DNA of 64,000 bases from Paracoccaceae bacterium (GTDB lineage Bacteria; Pseudomonadota; Alphaproteobacteria; Rhodobacterales; Rhodobacteraceae): NCBI GenBank assembly GCA_014872815.1, contig WKFK01000008.1:52534-116533 (forward strand), in the 5' to 3' direction. Below, piece by piece: positions 27,283-37,129 of this stretch. Every line of letters starts with the position of its first letter. Positions within the stretch are counted from its first letter, which is position 1. The notes under the pieces are model-generated. The model was not told the DNA's origin, searched no databases, and saw nothing but the letters and a program-made list of their open reading frames with translations. The position numbers were made by a program, and so were the translations under genes.

Positions 27283-28563
27283 ATGGATCATTTTCTTTAT
27301 CGCGACGGGGAGTTGTTTGCCGAAGATGTGCCGGTGAAGGAAATTGCTGCGCAGGTTGGCACGCCGTTTTACTGCTACTCCACCGCGACCTTTGAGCGCC
27401 ATTTCCGCCTGTTTGATGAGGCGTTGGAAGGCACCGATCATTTGGTGTGTTACGCCATGAAGGCAGCCTCCAACCAAGCGATCCTGAAAACCCTTGCGGC
27501 GCTGGGCGCGGGCATGGATGTGGTGTCGGGTGGCGAATATGCGCGCGCCAAGGCTGCAGGTGTGCCGGGTGACAGGATTGTCTTCTCCGGCGTTGGTAAA
27601 ACTCAGGACGAGATCGAGCTGGCTCTGACTGGCGGAATCCGCCAGTTCAACGTGGAAAGCGAGCCGGAAATGGCAGCCATAAGTGCTGTGGCGAGCCGTT
27701 TGGGCGTTGAAGCCCCCATCACCATTCGGGTGAACCCGGATGTGGATGCCAAAACCCACGCCAAAATTGCGACTGGCAAGTCCGAGAACAAATTTGGCAT
27801 CCCGATCAGCCGTGCCAAAGAAGTTTACGCGTTGGCGGCGTCCTTGCCGGGCCTGAAAGTCATTGGCATCGATGTGCACATCGGTAGCCAGTTGACCCAA
27901 TTGGCGCCGTTTGAGGCTGCTTACAAGAAGGTGGCAGAGCTGACCGAGCAATTGCGGGCGGAAGGGCATGACATCAAGCGGCTGGACCTGGGCGGTGGAC
28001 TGGGCATTCCCTATGAGCGCTCCAACACTGCGCCACCATTGCCGGTGGAATATGGCGCGATGGTCAAGCGCGTGCTGGGCCACCTGAATTGTGAGATCGA
28101 GATTGAGCCGGGGCGCTTGATTGCGGGCAATGCGGGGATCATGGTGTGCAAAGTGATCTATGTGAAATCCGGCGAAGACCGGGAGTTCCTGATTGTGGAT
28201 GGGGCGATGAACGACCTGATCCGTCCGGCCATGTATGAAGCGCACCACGATATTGTGCCGGTCATCGAAGCTGAACCGGGGCAGGAGCCTGCGCAATATG
28301 ACATTGTGGGGCCGGTCTGTGAATCGGGCGACACCTTTGCCAAGGGGCGCAACATGGCGCAGTTGAGCGATGGTGATCTGATCGCCTTCCGCAGCGCAGG
28401 GGCCTATGGCGCGGTGATGTCGAGTGAATACAACACGCGACCCCTGATCCCAGAGGTTCTGGTGAAGGACGATCAATTTGCGGTTATCCGCCGACGTCCA
28501 ACCTATGAAGAGATGATAAACCGCGATAGCATTCCCGAGTGGCTGGACGAGACCAGCGACTAA
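27283..28563 (+). CDS. lysA: Diaminopimelate decarboxylase
   Basis: YAMKA (PLP Lys), HIGSQ, EPGR, GPVCESGD and AGAYG...SEYN.RP motifs. Confidence 0.97.
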   Translation: MDHFLYRDGELFAEDVPVKEIAAQVGTPFYCYSTATFERHFRLFDEALEGTDHLVCYAMKAASNQAILKTLAALGAGMDVVSGGEYARAKAAGVPGDRIVFSGVGKTQDEIELALTGGIRQFNVESEPEMAAISAVASRLGVEAPITIRVNPDVDAKTHAKIATGKSENKFGIPISRAKEVYALAASLPGLKVIGIDVHIGSQLTQLAPFEAAYKKVAELTEQLRAEGHDIKRLDLGGGLGIPYERSNTAPPLPVEYGAMVKRVLGHLNCEIEIEPGRLIAGNAGIMVCKVIYVKSGEDREFLIVDGAMNDLIRPAMYEAHHDIVPVIEAEPGQEPAQYDIVGPVCESGDTFAKGRNMAQLSDGDLIAFRSAGAYGAVMSSEYNTRPLIPEVLVKDDQFAVIRRRPTYEEMINRDSIPEWLDETSD

Positions 28564-28584
28564 GAGCCAACCGATAGGAGCGCC

Positions 28585-31158
28585 GTGACCCGTCAAAGCC
28601 CTTCAGATGCAGCCTTGTTGCACCTTCGGTGGGTCATTGGCCTGACCCGGTTGGGTCTGTTTGCAGAATCATTCACACGCGCGTTTTGGCCGGTGTGGAC
28701 CATCGCCTTTGTGGTGCTGGCCGCACTGATGGTTGTGCTGCAGGATCATCTGCCGTTGGAAATGATCTGGATTTGCGGCTTTTTGGCTGCGGCGGGGATT
28801 GTTGTATTTCTGGTGCGCGGGGCGAGGCAGTTGGTGCTGCCGTCCCGTGACATGGCGATTGCGCGGTTGGATGCGACATTGCCCGGACGGCCGATAGCGG
28901 CGCTGCGGGATGCGCCGGCGGTTGGCAAGGATGATGCTGCCTCGCAGGCGCTGTGGGCGGCTCACCAGAAACGCATGGCGGCGCGCACCAAAGGCGCCAA
29001 GGCGGTGCAGCCGGATTTGCGGATTTCCCGGTTGGATCCATTTGGGCTGCGCTACACGGCTATTCTTTTGCTGATGATGGCGTTTTTTGTTGGCTCGTTT
29101 TCCAATCTGGCGTCGGTGCGAGAGTTGGGACCGGGCGGTGGCGCTGCTTTGGCGAGTGGGCCGACCTGGGAGGGCTGGATTGAGCCGCCAGGTTACACGG
29201 GCAAGCCTGCGCTTTATTTGAACGATCAGCCTGAGGGCAAGCTTGTGTTGCCAGAGGGCAGTCGGGTTTTGTTGCGTCTCTATGGTGAGGTGGGCGCGTT
29301 GACTGTGGCAGAGACGGTGTCCGGCCGTGTGGGCGCAGTTGAGAGCGCGGCAGAGCCGGAACAGAGCTTTGATGTGCGCCAAACTGGGGATTTGGAGATC
29401 GCCGGGCCGGGCGGAGCTGCCTGGAACATTGTGATGCAGGACGACCGCGCGCCGAAAGTGATTTTGAGCGGGCAGGTGGAGGCCTCTGGCCGGGGCGAGA
29501 TGACCCTGCCGTTTCATGCGTCGGATGATTATGGCGTAGTCGGGGGCACAGCAGTTGTAGAACTGGATCTGGACGGCGTGTCCCGACAGTATGGCTTGCG
29601 GGTCGATCCCGAACCTCGTGAGGCGGTGGTGGTCGAATTGCCGTTGCCGATTTCTGGCGATCGGGCGTCGTTTGAGGAAACCTTGATTGAGGACTTTTCC
29701 GAGCATCCTTGGGCGCATTTGCCGGTGAAGGTCACCTTGACCGTCGAGGATGACGCTGGCTTGGAAGGGCAAACCGGAGATCTGCGGTTCACGTTGCCTG
29801 CGCGGCGGTTCTTTGACCCGTTGGCGGCGGCAGTGATCGAGTTGCGGCGCGATTTGCTGTGGTCGCGGGAGAATGGCAAACGGGTCGCGCAGTTGATGCG
29901 GGCGGTGTCGCACCGGCCAGAGGATGGTGTGTTTCGGCGGGAGACGGATTATCTGCGGTTCCGGACCATTCTGCGGCGGTTGGAAGTGAACGTGACGCAT
30001 GGGTTGTCCGAAGAAAAGCGTGATGAGCTGGCTGAGGCGCTGTGGCAATTGGCGCTAGATTTGGAAGATGGCGATTTAGGCAGCGCGGCGGAACGATTGC
30101 GCCAAGCGCAGGAGCGGTTGTCTGAAGCTATGAAGAATGGCGCCAGTGATGCGGAAATTGCGCGTCTGATGCAGGAATTGCGCGAGGCCACTGAGGACTA
30201 CATGCGCGAGTTGGCGCGGCGGCAGCAGCAGGATGGCGAACAGGGCGAAAACCAGCAGAGTGCTGAGAACTCCATGCAGATGGATCAGAACGATCTGCAA
30301 CGGATGATGGACCGCATTCAGGAACTGATGGAGCAGGGCCGAATGGCGGAGGCGCAGCAGGCGCTGGAAGAGCTGCAGCGGCTGATGGAGAATATGCGGG
30401 TCACGCAAGGGCAGGGGCAACAAAATCAAGGCGAGCAGGCCATGGAGGGGTTGGCCGAAACACTGCGCAATCAGCAGGGTCTGTCTGATGAGGCCTTCCG
30501 GGAACTACAGGAGCAGTTCAACCCCAATGCCCAAAGCGGTCAATCTCAGGAAAATCAAGGGTATAGTGGTGGCGAAGGTCGGGGTCAGGCGCACGATGGC
30601 ACTGGCGGCGAAGGTCAGGGCGAGGGAGAAGGCGACGGTGAGACGGGCCAATCCAATGGCGATCAAGAAGGCCAACAAGGCGCGTTAGAGGATCGACAGC
30701 GGGCGTTGCGTCAGGAGTTGAATCGACAGATGCAGAACTTGCCGGGGCAGGGCACGCCAGAGGGCGACGCCGCGCGGGAAGCGCTTGGCAATGCTGAAGG
30801 GGCCATGGAGGGCGCAGAGGACGCGCTGCGGCAGGATGATCTCGCGACGGCGATTGATCGCCAAGCTGAAGCCATGGACGCCTTACGTGAAGGGCTTCGC
30901 AACCTTGGTGAAGCCATGGCGCAGCAGCAACAACAAGGGCAGCAAGGCACAGCCGAGGCGCAGGGACAGGCGCAGGATCCGCTTGGACGAAGTCAAGGCA
31001 ATCGCGGGGCTGCGGGTACCGATGAAGGCTTGCTGCAGGGCGAGGATGTGTACCGTCAAGCGCGCCGCTTGTTGGATGAAATCCGCCGCCGTGCAGGGGA
31101 GGCAGAGCGCTCGGAAGCAGAGCGCAACTATCTGGAGCGCCTGCTAGAGCGGTTTTAG
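28585..31158 (+). CDS. TIGR02302/DUF4175-family membrane-anchored coiled-coil protein
   Basis: N-terminal TMs, WIEPPGYTGKP, DDYGV, Q/G-rich linker, QDPLGR and YLERLLERF; GTG start with AGGAG. Confidence 0.85.
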   Translation: MTRQSPSDAALLHLRWVIGLTRLGLFAESFTRAFWPVWTIAFVVLAALMVVLQDHLPLEMIWICGFLAAAGIVVFLVRGARQLVLPSRDMAIARLDATLPGRPIAALRDAPAVGKDDAASQALWAAHQKRMAARTKGAKAVQPDLRISRLDPFGLRYTAILLLMMAFFVGSFSNLASVRELGPGGGAALASGPTWEGWIEPPGYTGKPALYLNDQPEGKLVLPEGSRVLLRLYGEVGALTVAETVSGRVGAVESAAEPEQSFDVRQTGDLEIAGPGGAAWNIVMQDDRAPKVILSGQVEASGRGEMTLPFHASDDYGVVGGTAVVELDLDGVSRQYGLRVDPEPREAVVVELPLPISGDRASFEETLIEDFSEHPWAHLPVKVTLTVEDDAGLEGQTGDLRFTLPARRFFDPLAAAVIELRRDLLWSRENGKRVAQLMRAVSHRPEDGVFRRETDYLRFRTILRRLEVNVTHGLSEEKRDELAEALWQLALDLEDGDLGSAAERLRQAQERLSEAMKNGASDAEIARLMQELREATEDYMRELARRQQQDGEQGENQQSAENSMQMDQNDLQRMMDRIQELMEQGRMAEAQQALEELQRLMENMRVTQGQGQQNQGEQAMEGLAETLRNQQGLSDEAFRELQEQFNPNAQSGQSQENQGYSGGEGRGQAHDGTGGEGQGEGEGDGETGQSNGDQEGQQGALEDRQRALRQELNRQMQNLPGQGTPEGDAAREALGNAEGAMEGAEDALRQDDLATAIDRQAEAMDALREGLRNLGEAMAQQQQQGQQGTAEAQGQAQDPLGRSQGNRGAAGTDEGLLQGEDVYRQARRLLDEIRRRAGEAERSEAERNYLERLLERF

Positions 31159-31178
31159 GCGCGCTACAGGGCGGTCTG

Positions 31179-32360
31179 TTACGACTGTCCTGTGATCTCG
31201 TTCAGTTTCAAGAACAGGTTGGTCACCTGATCGTCCAGCCAGATGCGTGCGCCGTTCGCCGAGGTCATGAAACCATCGATATAAGGGGCTGCCTGTGGAT
31301 AGGATTGGCTAAGGTTCTCATGGGAACTGTAGACAAAGACGGCCGCCCCAGCGAGTAGGAGTACCAGTGCAAAACCAAGGCGGAAGCCGCGCGCGCGGCT
31401 GGCGCTTGTGTTGGCCTTTTGGCCTAGGTCCGGATTGCGTGGCGTGTCACCTGAGGTCCGCAAGGTCGAGTTGATTTCCTCGATATCCGGCAACAGATCT
31501 CTGCGCGTGTCTTTTGCACTGCGGACGGTTGCAGCAACTGCGGCGGCGGTTGCCGCATCGTCTTCGCCACGTAGGCGGCGGAGACGATCAGAAGCCTCGC
31601 TGGCACGTTTTTCTACAGAAGCCGGTTTTTCCTGGCCTTGATCGAGGCCGAGATCCCCCTGGGTTTCAAGGCTTTGAGTTTGCTCTGCTGCACGGGCGCG
31701 GGTCTCATATTCTACTTCTTCTCGCAGAATGTCTTTGACGGAGTCATCCAATCCACGCGGTTTTGGCGCTTCGGTCAAAGGTTCTTCCGAGACGGCTTCT
31801 TCGGTCTCAACTTCCACGGCGCGTTCCGGTTCAATCACCGGTTCGAATTCAAGATCGGGATCCGGAGCTTCGTCTAGACCCGTATCGCCTTGGTTTGGTT
31901 CCTGTGTGTCAGACGGATCATCCGCGCCCGTTCCGTCCTCTTCAGGGGCTACTTCGAAGCTTTCTTCCGAGGTTTCAGCGGTTTCGCCCCAGTCTTCTTC
32001 GGTTTCCAGATCCCAGTCTTCGCCACCTAGGTCCAAGTCATCCGGGTTCTGTTCTTCGTCTGCATCTTCAAAGAAGTCATCACTTGGCTCAGCGTCAGCC
32101 TCAATCGAGAGTTCTGGAGGTTCAACTTCCTCAAAAACTTCTTCCGCGGGCGCATCGGTGCCCTGCGGTGCATGTTCGGCAGTGGCACTTGCGATGACAT
32201 CGGCAGCAGTTTCTTCAACGGGCTCTTCTGCCTGCATATCTGGGTGCACTTGGAACCACGTATTGCCGCAGTTGGAACATTGCACGTCCCGCCCACCGGT
32301 CGGAATGATGTCGTCAGGCACTTCATATTGTGCCCCGCAATTTGGGCAAGTCAGCCGCAT
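31179..32360 (-). CDS. MJ0042-type zinc-ribbon membrane protein (ZitP-like)
   Basis: MRLTCPNCGAQY..VQCSNCGNTW, long acidic linker, single C-terminal TM. Confidence 0.85.
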   Translation of the reverse strand: MRLTCPNCGAQYEVPDDIIPTGGRDVQCSNCGNTWFQVHPDMQAEEPVEETAADVIASATAEHAPQGTDAPAEEVFEEVEPPELSIEADAEPSDDFFEDADEEQNPDDLDLGGEDWDLETEEDWGETAETSEESFEVAPEEDGTGADDPSDTQEPNQGDTGLDEAPDPDLEFEPVIEPERAVEVETEEAVSEEPLTEAPKPRGLDDSVKDILREEVEYETRARAAEQTQSLETQGDLGLDQGQEKPASVEKRASEASDRLRRLRGEDDAATAAAVAATVRSAKDTRRDLLPDIEEINSTLRTSGDTPRNPDLGQKANTSASRARGFRLGFALVLLLAGAAVFVYSSHENLSQSYPQAAPYIDGFMTSANGARIWLDDQVTNLFLKLNEITGQS

Positions 32361-32504
32361 ACCCGTCCCCTGCTGTCGAAGTTCTTGCTTTTGTTGAGGA
32401 ACCATATTCGCAAACATCGATTGTTGAAAGTGCAAAGGCGGCGCGGAACAGATTGCAACCCAGGCGATGCTCGTGCACAACAATCGGGACAAATGAGGTC
32501 TCAA

Positions 32505-33182
32505 GTGATCGAACTAGACAATATTGCGTATAGCTACGGCGGCGGTGAGTTGCTCAGCGAGGTGTCCTTTAAGCTGGCACCCGGGTCTTTCCATTTTTTG
32601 ACCGGGCCATCGGGCTCCGGAAAAACCACGTTTTTGAAGCTGTGTTACGGTGCGTTGACGCCAACGGCGGGTCGGGTTCAACTCTTTGGGAAAGATGTCC
32701 GGGAAATGGATCGGGACGATCACGCCATGACGCGCCGCCAGATTGGTGTGGTGCATCAGGACTGCCAGTTTTTGGATCACCTTCCGGTGCGCGAAAATGT
32801 GGCATTGCCGCTGACTGTGTCCGGAAAGGACTCGTTGGAGCAGCATTCCAACTTGAAGGAACTGTTGACCTGGGTTGGATTGGGACACCGCGCCAGCGCC
32901 TTGCCACCAGAGTTGTCCGGCGGGGAGCGTCAGCGCGCGGCCTTGGCGCGCGCTGTGATCATGTCCCCTGATGTGGTTTTGGCGGATGAACCAACAGGCA
33001 ATGTCGATTGGGAAATGTCGCAACGATTGCTACAGCTCTTGGTGGAGCTGAACAAGATGGGCAAAACCATCCTGATCGCGACCCATGACATGAACCTGAT
33101 CCGCGCAGCCAAACATCATGTGCAAGCTCGTGTGCTTCGCATTTCCGGACGTAAATTACAGCTGGCGGGGGCGGACCTATGA
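32505..33182 (+). CDS. ftsE: Cell division ABC ATPase FtsE
   Basis: GPSGSGKT, LSGGERQR and ADEPTGNVD motifs; GTG start behind GAGG. Confidence 0.93.
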   Translation: MIELDNIAYSYGGGELLSEVSFKLAPGSFHFLTGPSGSGKTTFLKLCYGALTPTAGRVQLFGKDVREMDRDDHAMTRRQIGVVHQDCQFLDHLPVRENVALPLTVSGKDSLEQHSNLKELLTWVGLGHRASALPPELSGGERQRAALARAVIMSPDVVLADEPTGNVDWEMSQRLLQLLVELNKMGKTILIATHDMNLIRAAKHHVQARVLRISGRKLQLAGADL

Positions 33183-34081
33183 GCAAAGGTCTGCAACTTT
33201 CTAAGTTGATTATGGGGGACGCGCAGGCAGACCGTGTGGTTCCGCCGACAGGGTTTACCGCACGACTGACATTGTTTGCTGCCGGTGCCATGGCGTTTTT
33301 GACGGTGTTTGCTTTGGCTTTGTCTCTGGCGTCTGGTCGTTTGGCGGCACGGTGGGGGGAAGAGCTGGCGCAAAGCTCGACCTTGCGGATATCCGCGCCT
33401 GACGAGCAGATGGCGGCGCAGACAGCGGCTGCGTTGACTGTGCTTGAGAGCACGCCTGGGATCGCTTCGGCGCGGGCTTTGAGTGTTGAGGAGCAGCGTA
33501 ACCTTTTGGCACCTTGGTTTGGGCCGGACCTGCCGCTGGACAGTCTGCCGATCCCGCAATTGATTGAGATTGTTGAGACCGAAGAGGGGTACGACGGTGC
33601 AGGGTTGAGACTGCGGTTGCAGGCCGAGGTGCCTGGGGCGGTGTTGGATGATCATAACCGTTGGCGGCGTCCTCTTGAACGTGCGGCTGGGCGTTTGCGC
33701 CTGCTGGGTTGGGTGTCGATCGGCCTGATTGGCGCGGCGACGGCGGCGATGATCACCTTGGCGGCCAACGCTGCACTGGCGGCCAACGCACAGGTGATTT
33801 CGGTGCTGCGTCTGATTGGTGCGCAAGACAGTTACATCGCGCGCGCCTTTGTGCGGCGCTTCACCTTGCGTGCCTTGTCTGGGGCCGCGATTGGGACTGC
33901 CCTTGGCGCCCTGGCTGTGTTTCTGTTGCCGTCGGCACAAGACAGCGGTGGCTTTCTGACGGGGCTTGGGTTCCAAGGCATCGGCTGGGCGTTATTGGCA
34001 TTGATCCCGCCACTGGCTGGCGTGGTGGCGTATCTGGCTACCGGCGCGGCGGCGCGACGTACACTAGGGGAGTTGACCTGA
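33179..34081 (+). CDS. ftsX: Cell division permease FtsX
   Basis: Four-TM FtsX layout, VLRLIGA..YIAR.F; overlaps ftsE. Confidence 0.9.
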   Translation: MSKGLQLSKLIMGDAQADRVVPPTGFTARLTLFAAGAMAFLTVFALALSLASGRLAARWGEELAQSSTLRISAPDEQMAAQTAAALTVLESTPGIASARALSVEEQRNLLAPWFGPDLPLDSLPIPQLIEIVETEEGYDGAGLRLRLQAEVPGAVLDDHNRWRRPLERAAGRLRLLGWVSIGLIGAATAAMITLAANAALAANAQVISVLRLIGAQDSYIARAFVRRFTLRALSGAAIGTALGALAVFLLPSAQDSGGFLTGLGFQGIGWALLALIPPLAGVVAYLATGAAARRTLGELT

Positions 34082-34824
34082 TGCGCTTGGCGTTTCAATG
34101 GGTGATGTCCATCATCTATGTGGTTCAGAATGCGATCGTGATGCTGGCGATGGGGATTGTGTTTTTCCCTTGGGCGTTGCTGTCCTCTAAAGGGGCCATG
34201 GCGGCGTGCAACACCTACGCCACCTGGGCAATCTGGTCGGCACGTTGGCTTGTGGGCATTCGATCTGAGGTTCGTGGCAAAGTGCCGAGCGGGGCGGTGT
34301 TGGTGCCTGCAAAGCACCAGTCGTTTCTCGATATCATGATGATCTTTAAAGCGGTGCCGCAGCCGCGGTTCATCATGAAGTATGAGCTGCTGTTCACGCC
34401 GATTATCGGGGTGTACGCGTGGCGTTTGGGCTGTGTGCCCGTGCGCCGTGGCAAGCGGGGCGCAGCGATCAAGGCGATGCTGGCGGATGTGGAGAGCGGT
34501 CGGGTGCCGCCTGGCCAGTTGGTGATCTATCCGCAGGGTACACGGGTGCCTGTTGGCGCGCATGTGCCCTATAAAGTTGGGCCTTATGTGCTCTATAAAG
34601 AGACCGGTCAGACAGCGGTGCCGGTGGCGACCAATGCCGGGATGTTCTGGCCCAAGGGCACGATGCTGCGCAAGCCGGGCTTGGCTGTGGTCGAGTTCCT
34701 CGAGCCAATTGAGCAGGGCGCGGACCAAAAAGAGTTCATGGCGCGGTTGGAAGAGGTGATTGAAACCCGGTCCAATGCGTTGATGGTTGAGGCGGGATTT
34801 GATCCGGATGCAGTACGTCAGTGA
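34081..34824 (+). CDS. plsC: 1-acyl-sn-glycerol-3-phosphate acyltransferase
   Basis: KHQSFLD (HX4D) and IYPQGTR motifs. Confidence 0.88.
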   Translation: MRLAFQWVMSIIYVVQNAIVMLAMGIVFFPWALLSSKGAMAACNTYATWAIWSARWLVGIRSEVRGKVPSGAVLVPAKHQSFLDIMMIFKAVPQPRFIMKYELLFTPIIGVYAWRLGCVPVRRGKRGAAIKAMLADVESGRVPPGQLVIYPQGTRVPVGAHVPYKVGPYVLYKETGQTAVPVATNAGMFWPKGTMLRKPGLAVVEFLEPIEQGADQKEFMARLEEVIETRSNALMVEAGFDPDAVRQ

Positions 34825-35413
34825 CCTTGCGGAGCTAAAGGACCTTTACGGCGAACCTGCGTCGGCGTCGGTCAACAAAGTGGCGCGGCAAATGACGCCG
34901 CTTTACCGCAGGTGGATCATGGCGTCCCGGTTCTGTGTGGTGTCGACTGTTGGCCCTGAGGGCACGGATGGCAGCCCGCGTGGGGATGATGGCCCTGTGG
35001 TGCGTGAGTTGGATGAACACACGCTGGCGATGCCGGATTGGCGCGGCAACAATCGGATCGATACGCTGCGCAACATCGTGGCGGATGGGCGCATATCGCT
35101 GATGTTCATGGTGCCGGGGGCGGGCAATGTGGTGCGTGTGAATGGTGATGCCAAGGTGACCACAGACGCCGCGCTGTGCGAGAGTTTTGAGGTGCAGGGC
35201 AAGCACCCACGTGCGGTGATTGTGATCAAGATCGGCGAGATTTACACGCAATGCGCGCGGGCGGTGATCCGCGCCGGGTTATGGACCTCAGGGGATGAAA
35301 GCGCCGACTTGCCTACAGTGGGGCAGATTTTGGCCGAGCAGACTGATGGCGCCGAGGGTGGCACGGCTTATGATGACGGCTGGGCCGCGCGAGCGGCCAA
35401 AACCATGTGGTAG
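34808..35413 (+). CDS. Pyridoxamine 5'-phosphate oxidase-family FMN-binding protein
   Basis: DGSPRGD, PDWRGNNRIDTLRNI and YTQCARA motifs. Confidence 0.85.
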   Translation: MQYVSDLAELKDLYGEPASASVNKVARQMTPLYRRWIMASRFCVVSTVGPEGTDGSPRGDDGPVVRELDEHTLAMPDWRGNNRIDTLRNIVADGRISLMFMVPGAGNVVRVNGDAKVTTDAALCESFEVQGKHPRAVIVIKIGEIYTQCARAVIRAGLWTSGDESADLPTVGQILAEQTDGAEGGTAYDDGWAARAAKTMW

Positions 35414-35472
35414 ACGCAGTCTGCGCGGTTGAGAAATGGCCGCCTGCAAAGGGTCGCGGACGGCTGTGTAGG

Positions 35473-36909
35473 TCATTTGGCCCGATCTGGAATAATCCAA
35501 GCGAAGTCCGATAAAGCAATGCCTTCAAAACACGCATTGTCGGGTGTCAGCAGTGTCAAAAGCCCCGGGCAAGCGGCGTTTTGATAGCTGGTGTGCGGTG
35601 TGGCACTTGGGCTGGACGGGTATCCTGCTCGTACATGACAATTGCGACAGTTTGTGGCGATGGGATGTATCACACCCTCGATGTAGGGATTGACAGCGAT
35701 GTCCAAATTGCCCTCGCCATCTACTGGAAAATCGTAAGAGTCCGTCAGAAGATACTGATCCCATGGGCCTTCGGCTTTGAGATCTTTGGGCCGGTCTTTG
35801 GCGTATTTGCCGTGGTTGGGTGTTGGCGACCACCAGACACTTTGGAAAGACCAGCTGGGGATTTCTTTGGTCACCACATGCATGGCCACAGTGGCGAGGT
35901 AATCGCCGACTTTGAAAGGCTCGTCATAAAGCCACAAGCTGGCCGCCGTGATGATGGCTTTGTCGGCCTCCGTAAACATGTCCCAATCGTACTGCGTCAC
36001 CTTGTGGTGATAGAAGTTTTGCAAATCAACGACGCGGGCGTGCCGCTTTTGCGGAGGGATGTTGGCCCCTTCGGGCGTTTGCAGACCATAAAGATAGTCG
36101 ACCAAAACATCAGACTTGCCTTGACTGCCGCTTGGGTCGATGGCCACTAGCGTGTTCCAGACTTCATAACCCGCGTAGCCAGAGAACCAGTCTGGCAAGT
36201 TATTCTGCCACACAGGCAGAGGTGTCAGGCCATCCGCGCGCACCGGCCAATACATATGTTTGGTGGACACGTAGCTGAGCGGCAGGTCGACATTTTCTCC
36301 AGCGGCCTGAAGTGCCGCCAATTTGTCTTTCAGATAAAGTTCATCGGCGCGGATCGCATCATACCCGCCTTGCGACAGGCTTTCCGTGGCAATCATGATG
36401 TCGCCGTTAGACTGAAAGAAAAGGCCGTCATTGATGGAGTATCCGTCGTCGCCTTTGGTCACTGCATTGGGGAATGTGTCAATCACATAGGTTGGTACTG
36501 GATACTTTGGCGAGGGGGTGTTCACGTTTGGAACGTTGCCTGTGGACACAGGCAGGGGCGTGGCGCCAGCGGTGGCATGCGCGGGCGGCAGGCCGCGGTG
36601 TGGCGTTACTGGCGGCGGGTTTTTCGCTTCAAATGCATCAAAAGTAGTGCGCCAGCTGAGCCATAGAGGCCATGTTGGATCACTCTCCAGCGGCTGCATG
36701 ATCCCCGCCCAGAGGCGCCAGCCGTGTTCCCGGACAGCCGCGCGATCCTGGGCATCGACGGCTTTCTGTAGCGCTTCATTGTCTGGACGATAGCCATATT
36801 CTGGGGAAATAGGTTGATAGGGCGGGCGTGTATCTTCTGCCGAGACTGGCGCAGCAAGTGTGGTGGTGAGAGCGATGGCGAGACATGGATTGAGTGCTAG
36901 AGACCTCAT
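35473..36909 (-). CDS. Exported 478-aa protein with a single C-terminal CxxCH haem-c motif, function unknown
   Basis: Signal peptide ending VSA/ED; TNCRNCH at 35635-35649; Trp-rich; stands alone. Confidence 0.75.
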   Translation of the reverse strand: MRSLALNPCLAIALTTTLAAPVSAEDTRPPYQPISPEYGYRPDNEALQKAVDAQDRAAVREHGWRLWAGIMQPLESDPTWPLWLSWRTTFDAFEAKNPPPVTPHRGLPPAHATAGATPLPVSTGNVPNVNTPSPKYPVPTYVIDTFPNAVTKGDDGYSINDGLFFQSNGDIMIATESLSQGGYDAIRADELYLKDKLAALQAAGENVDLPLSYVSTKHMYWPVRADGLTPLPVWQNNLPDWFSGYAGYEVWNTLVAIDPSGSQGKSDVLVDYLYGLQTPEGANIPPQKRHARVVDLQNFYHHKVTQYDWDMFTEADKAIITAASLWLYDEPFKVGDYLATVAMHVVTKEIPSWSFQSVWWSPTPNHGKYAKDRPKDLKAEGPWDQYLLTDSYDFPVDGEGNLDIAVNPYIEGVIHPIATNCRNCHVRAGYPSSPSATPHTSYQNAACPGLLTLLTPDNACFEGIALSDFAWIIPDRAK

Positions 36910-37080
36910 GGAAATACTGCCTTTTGATTGGGTAAATTCGCGAAAGGTGTAAAAAGTGAAATGTCTTTTTCGTTGAATTATACCCGATCTGATCACGTTT
37001 TAATAGAGTTTGGCAGCCCGTTGCGGTGTCGCAAGAACTCTGGAGGTGATCAGCCGTTCCTTGGTTCTGGATTAGCTACA

Positions 37081-37109
37081 AAAAAAGGGCGCCCTTAGAG
37101 GCGCCCTTT
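37081..37109 (-). terminator. Terminator after lpdA
   Basis: AAAGGGCGCC/GGCGCCCTTT stem with a T-run on the minus strand. Confidence 0.85.
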
Positions 37110-37129
37110 GTCGTTATAAGATAGACAGC

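Noticed and set aside
30200-31020. Gln/Gly-rich low-complexity DNA in the TIGR02302 gene, and the acidic stretch in the zinc-ribbon gene
   Set aside because: Ordinary protein linkers of these families with no exact DNA tandem repeat
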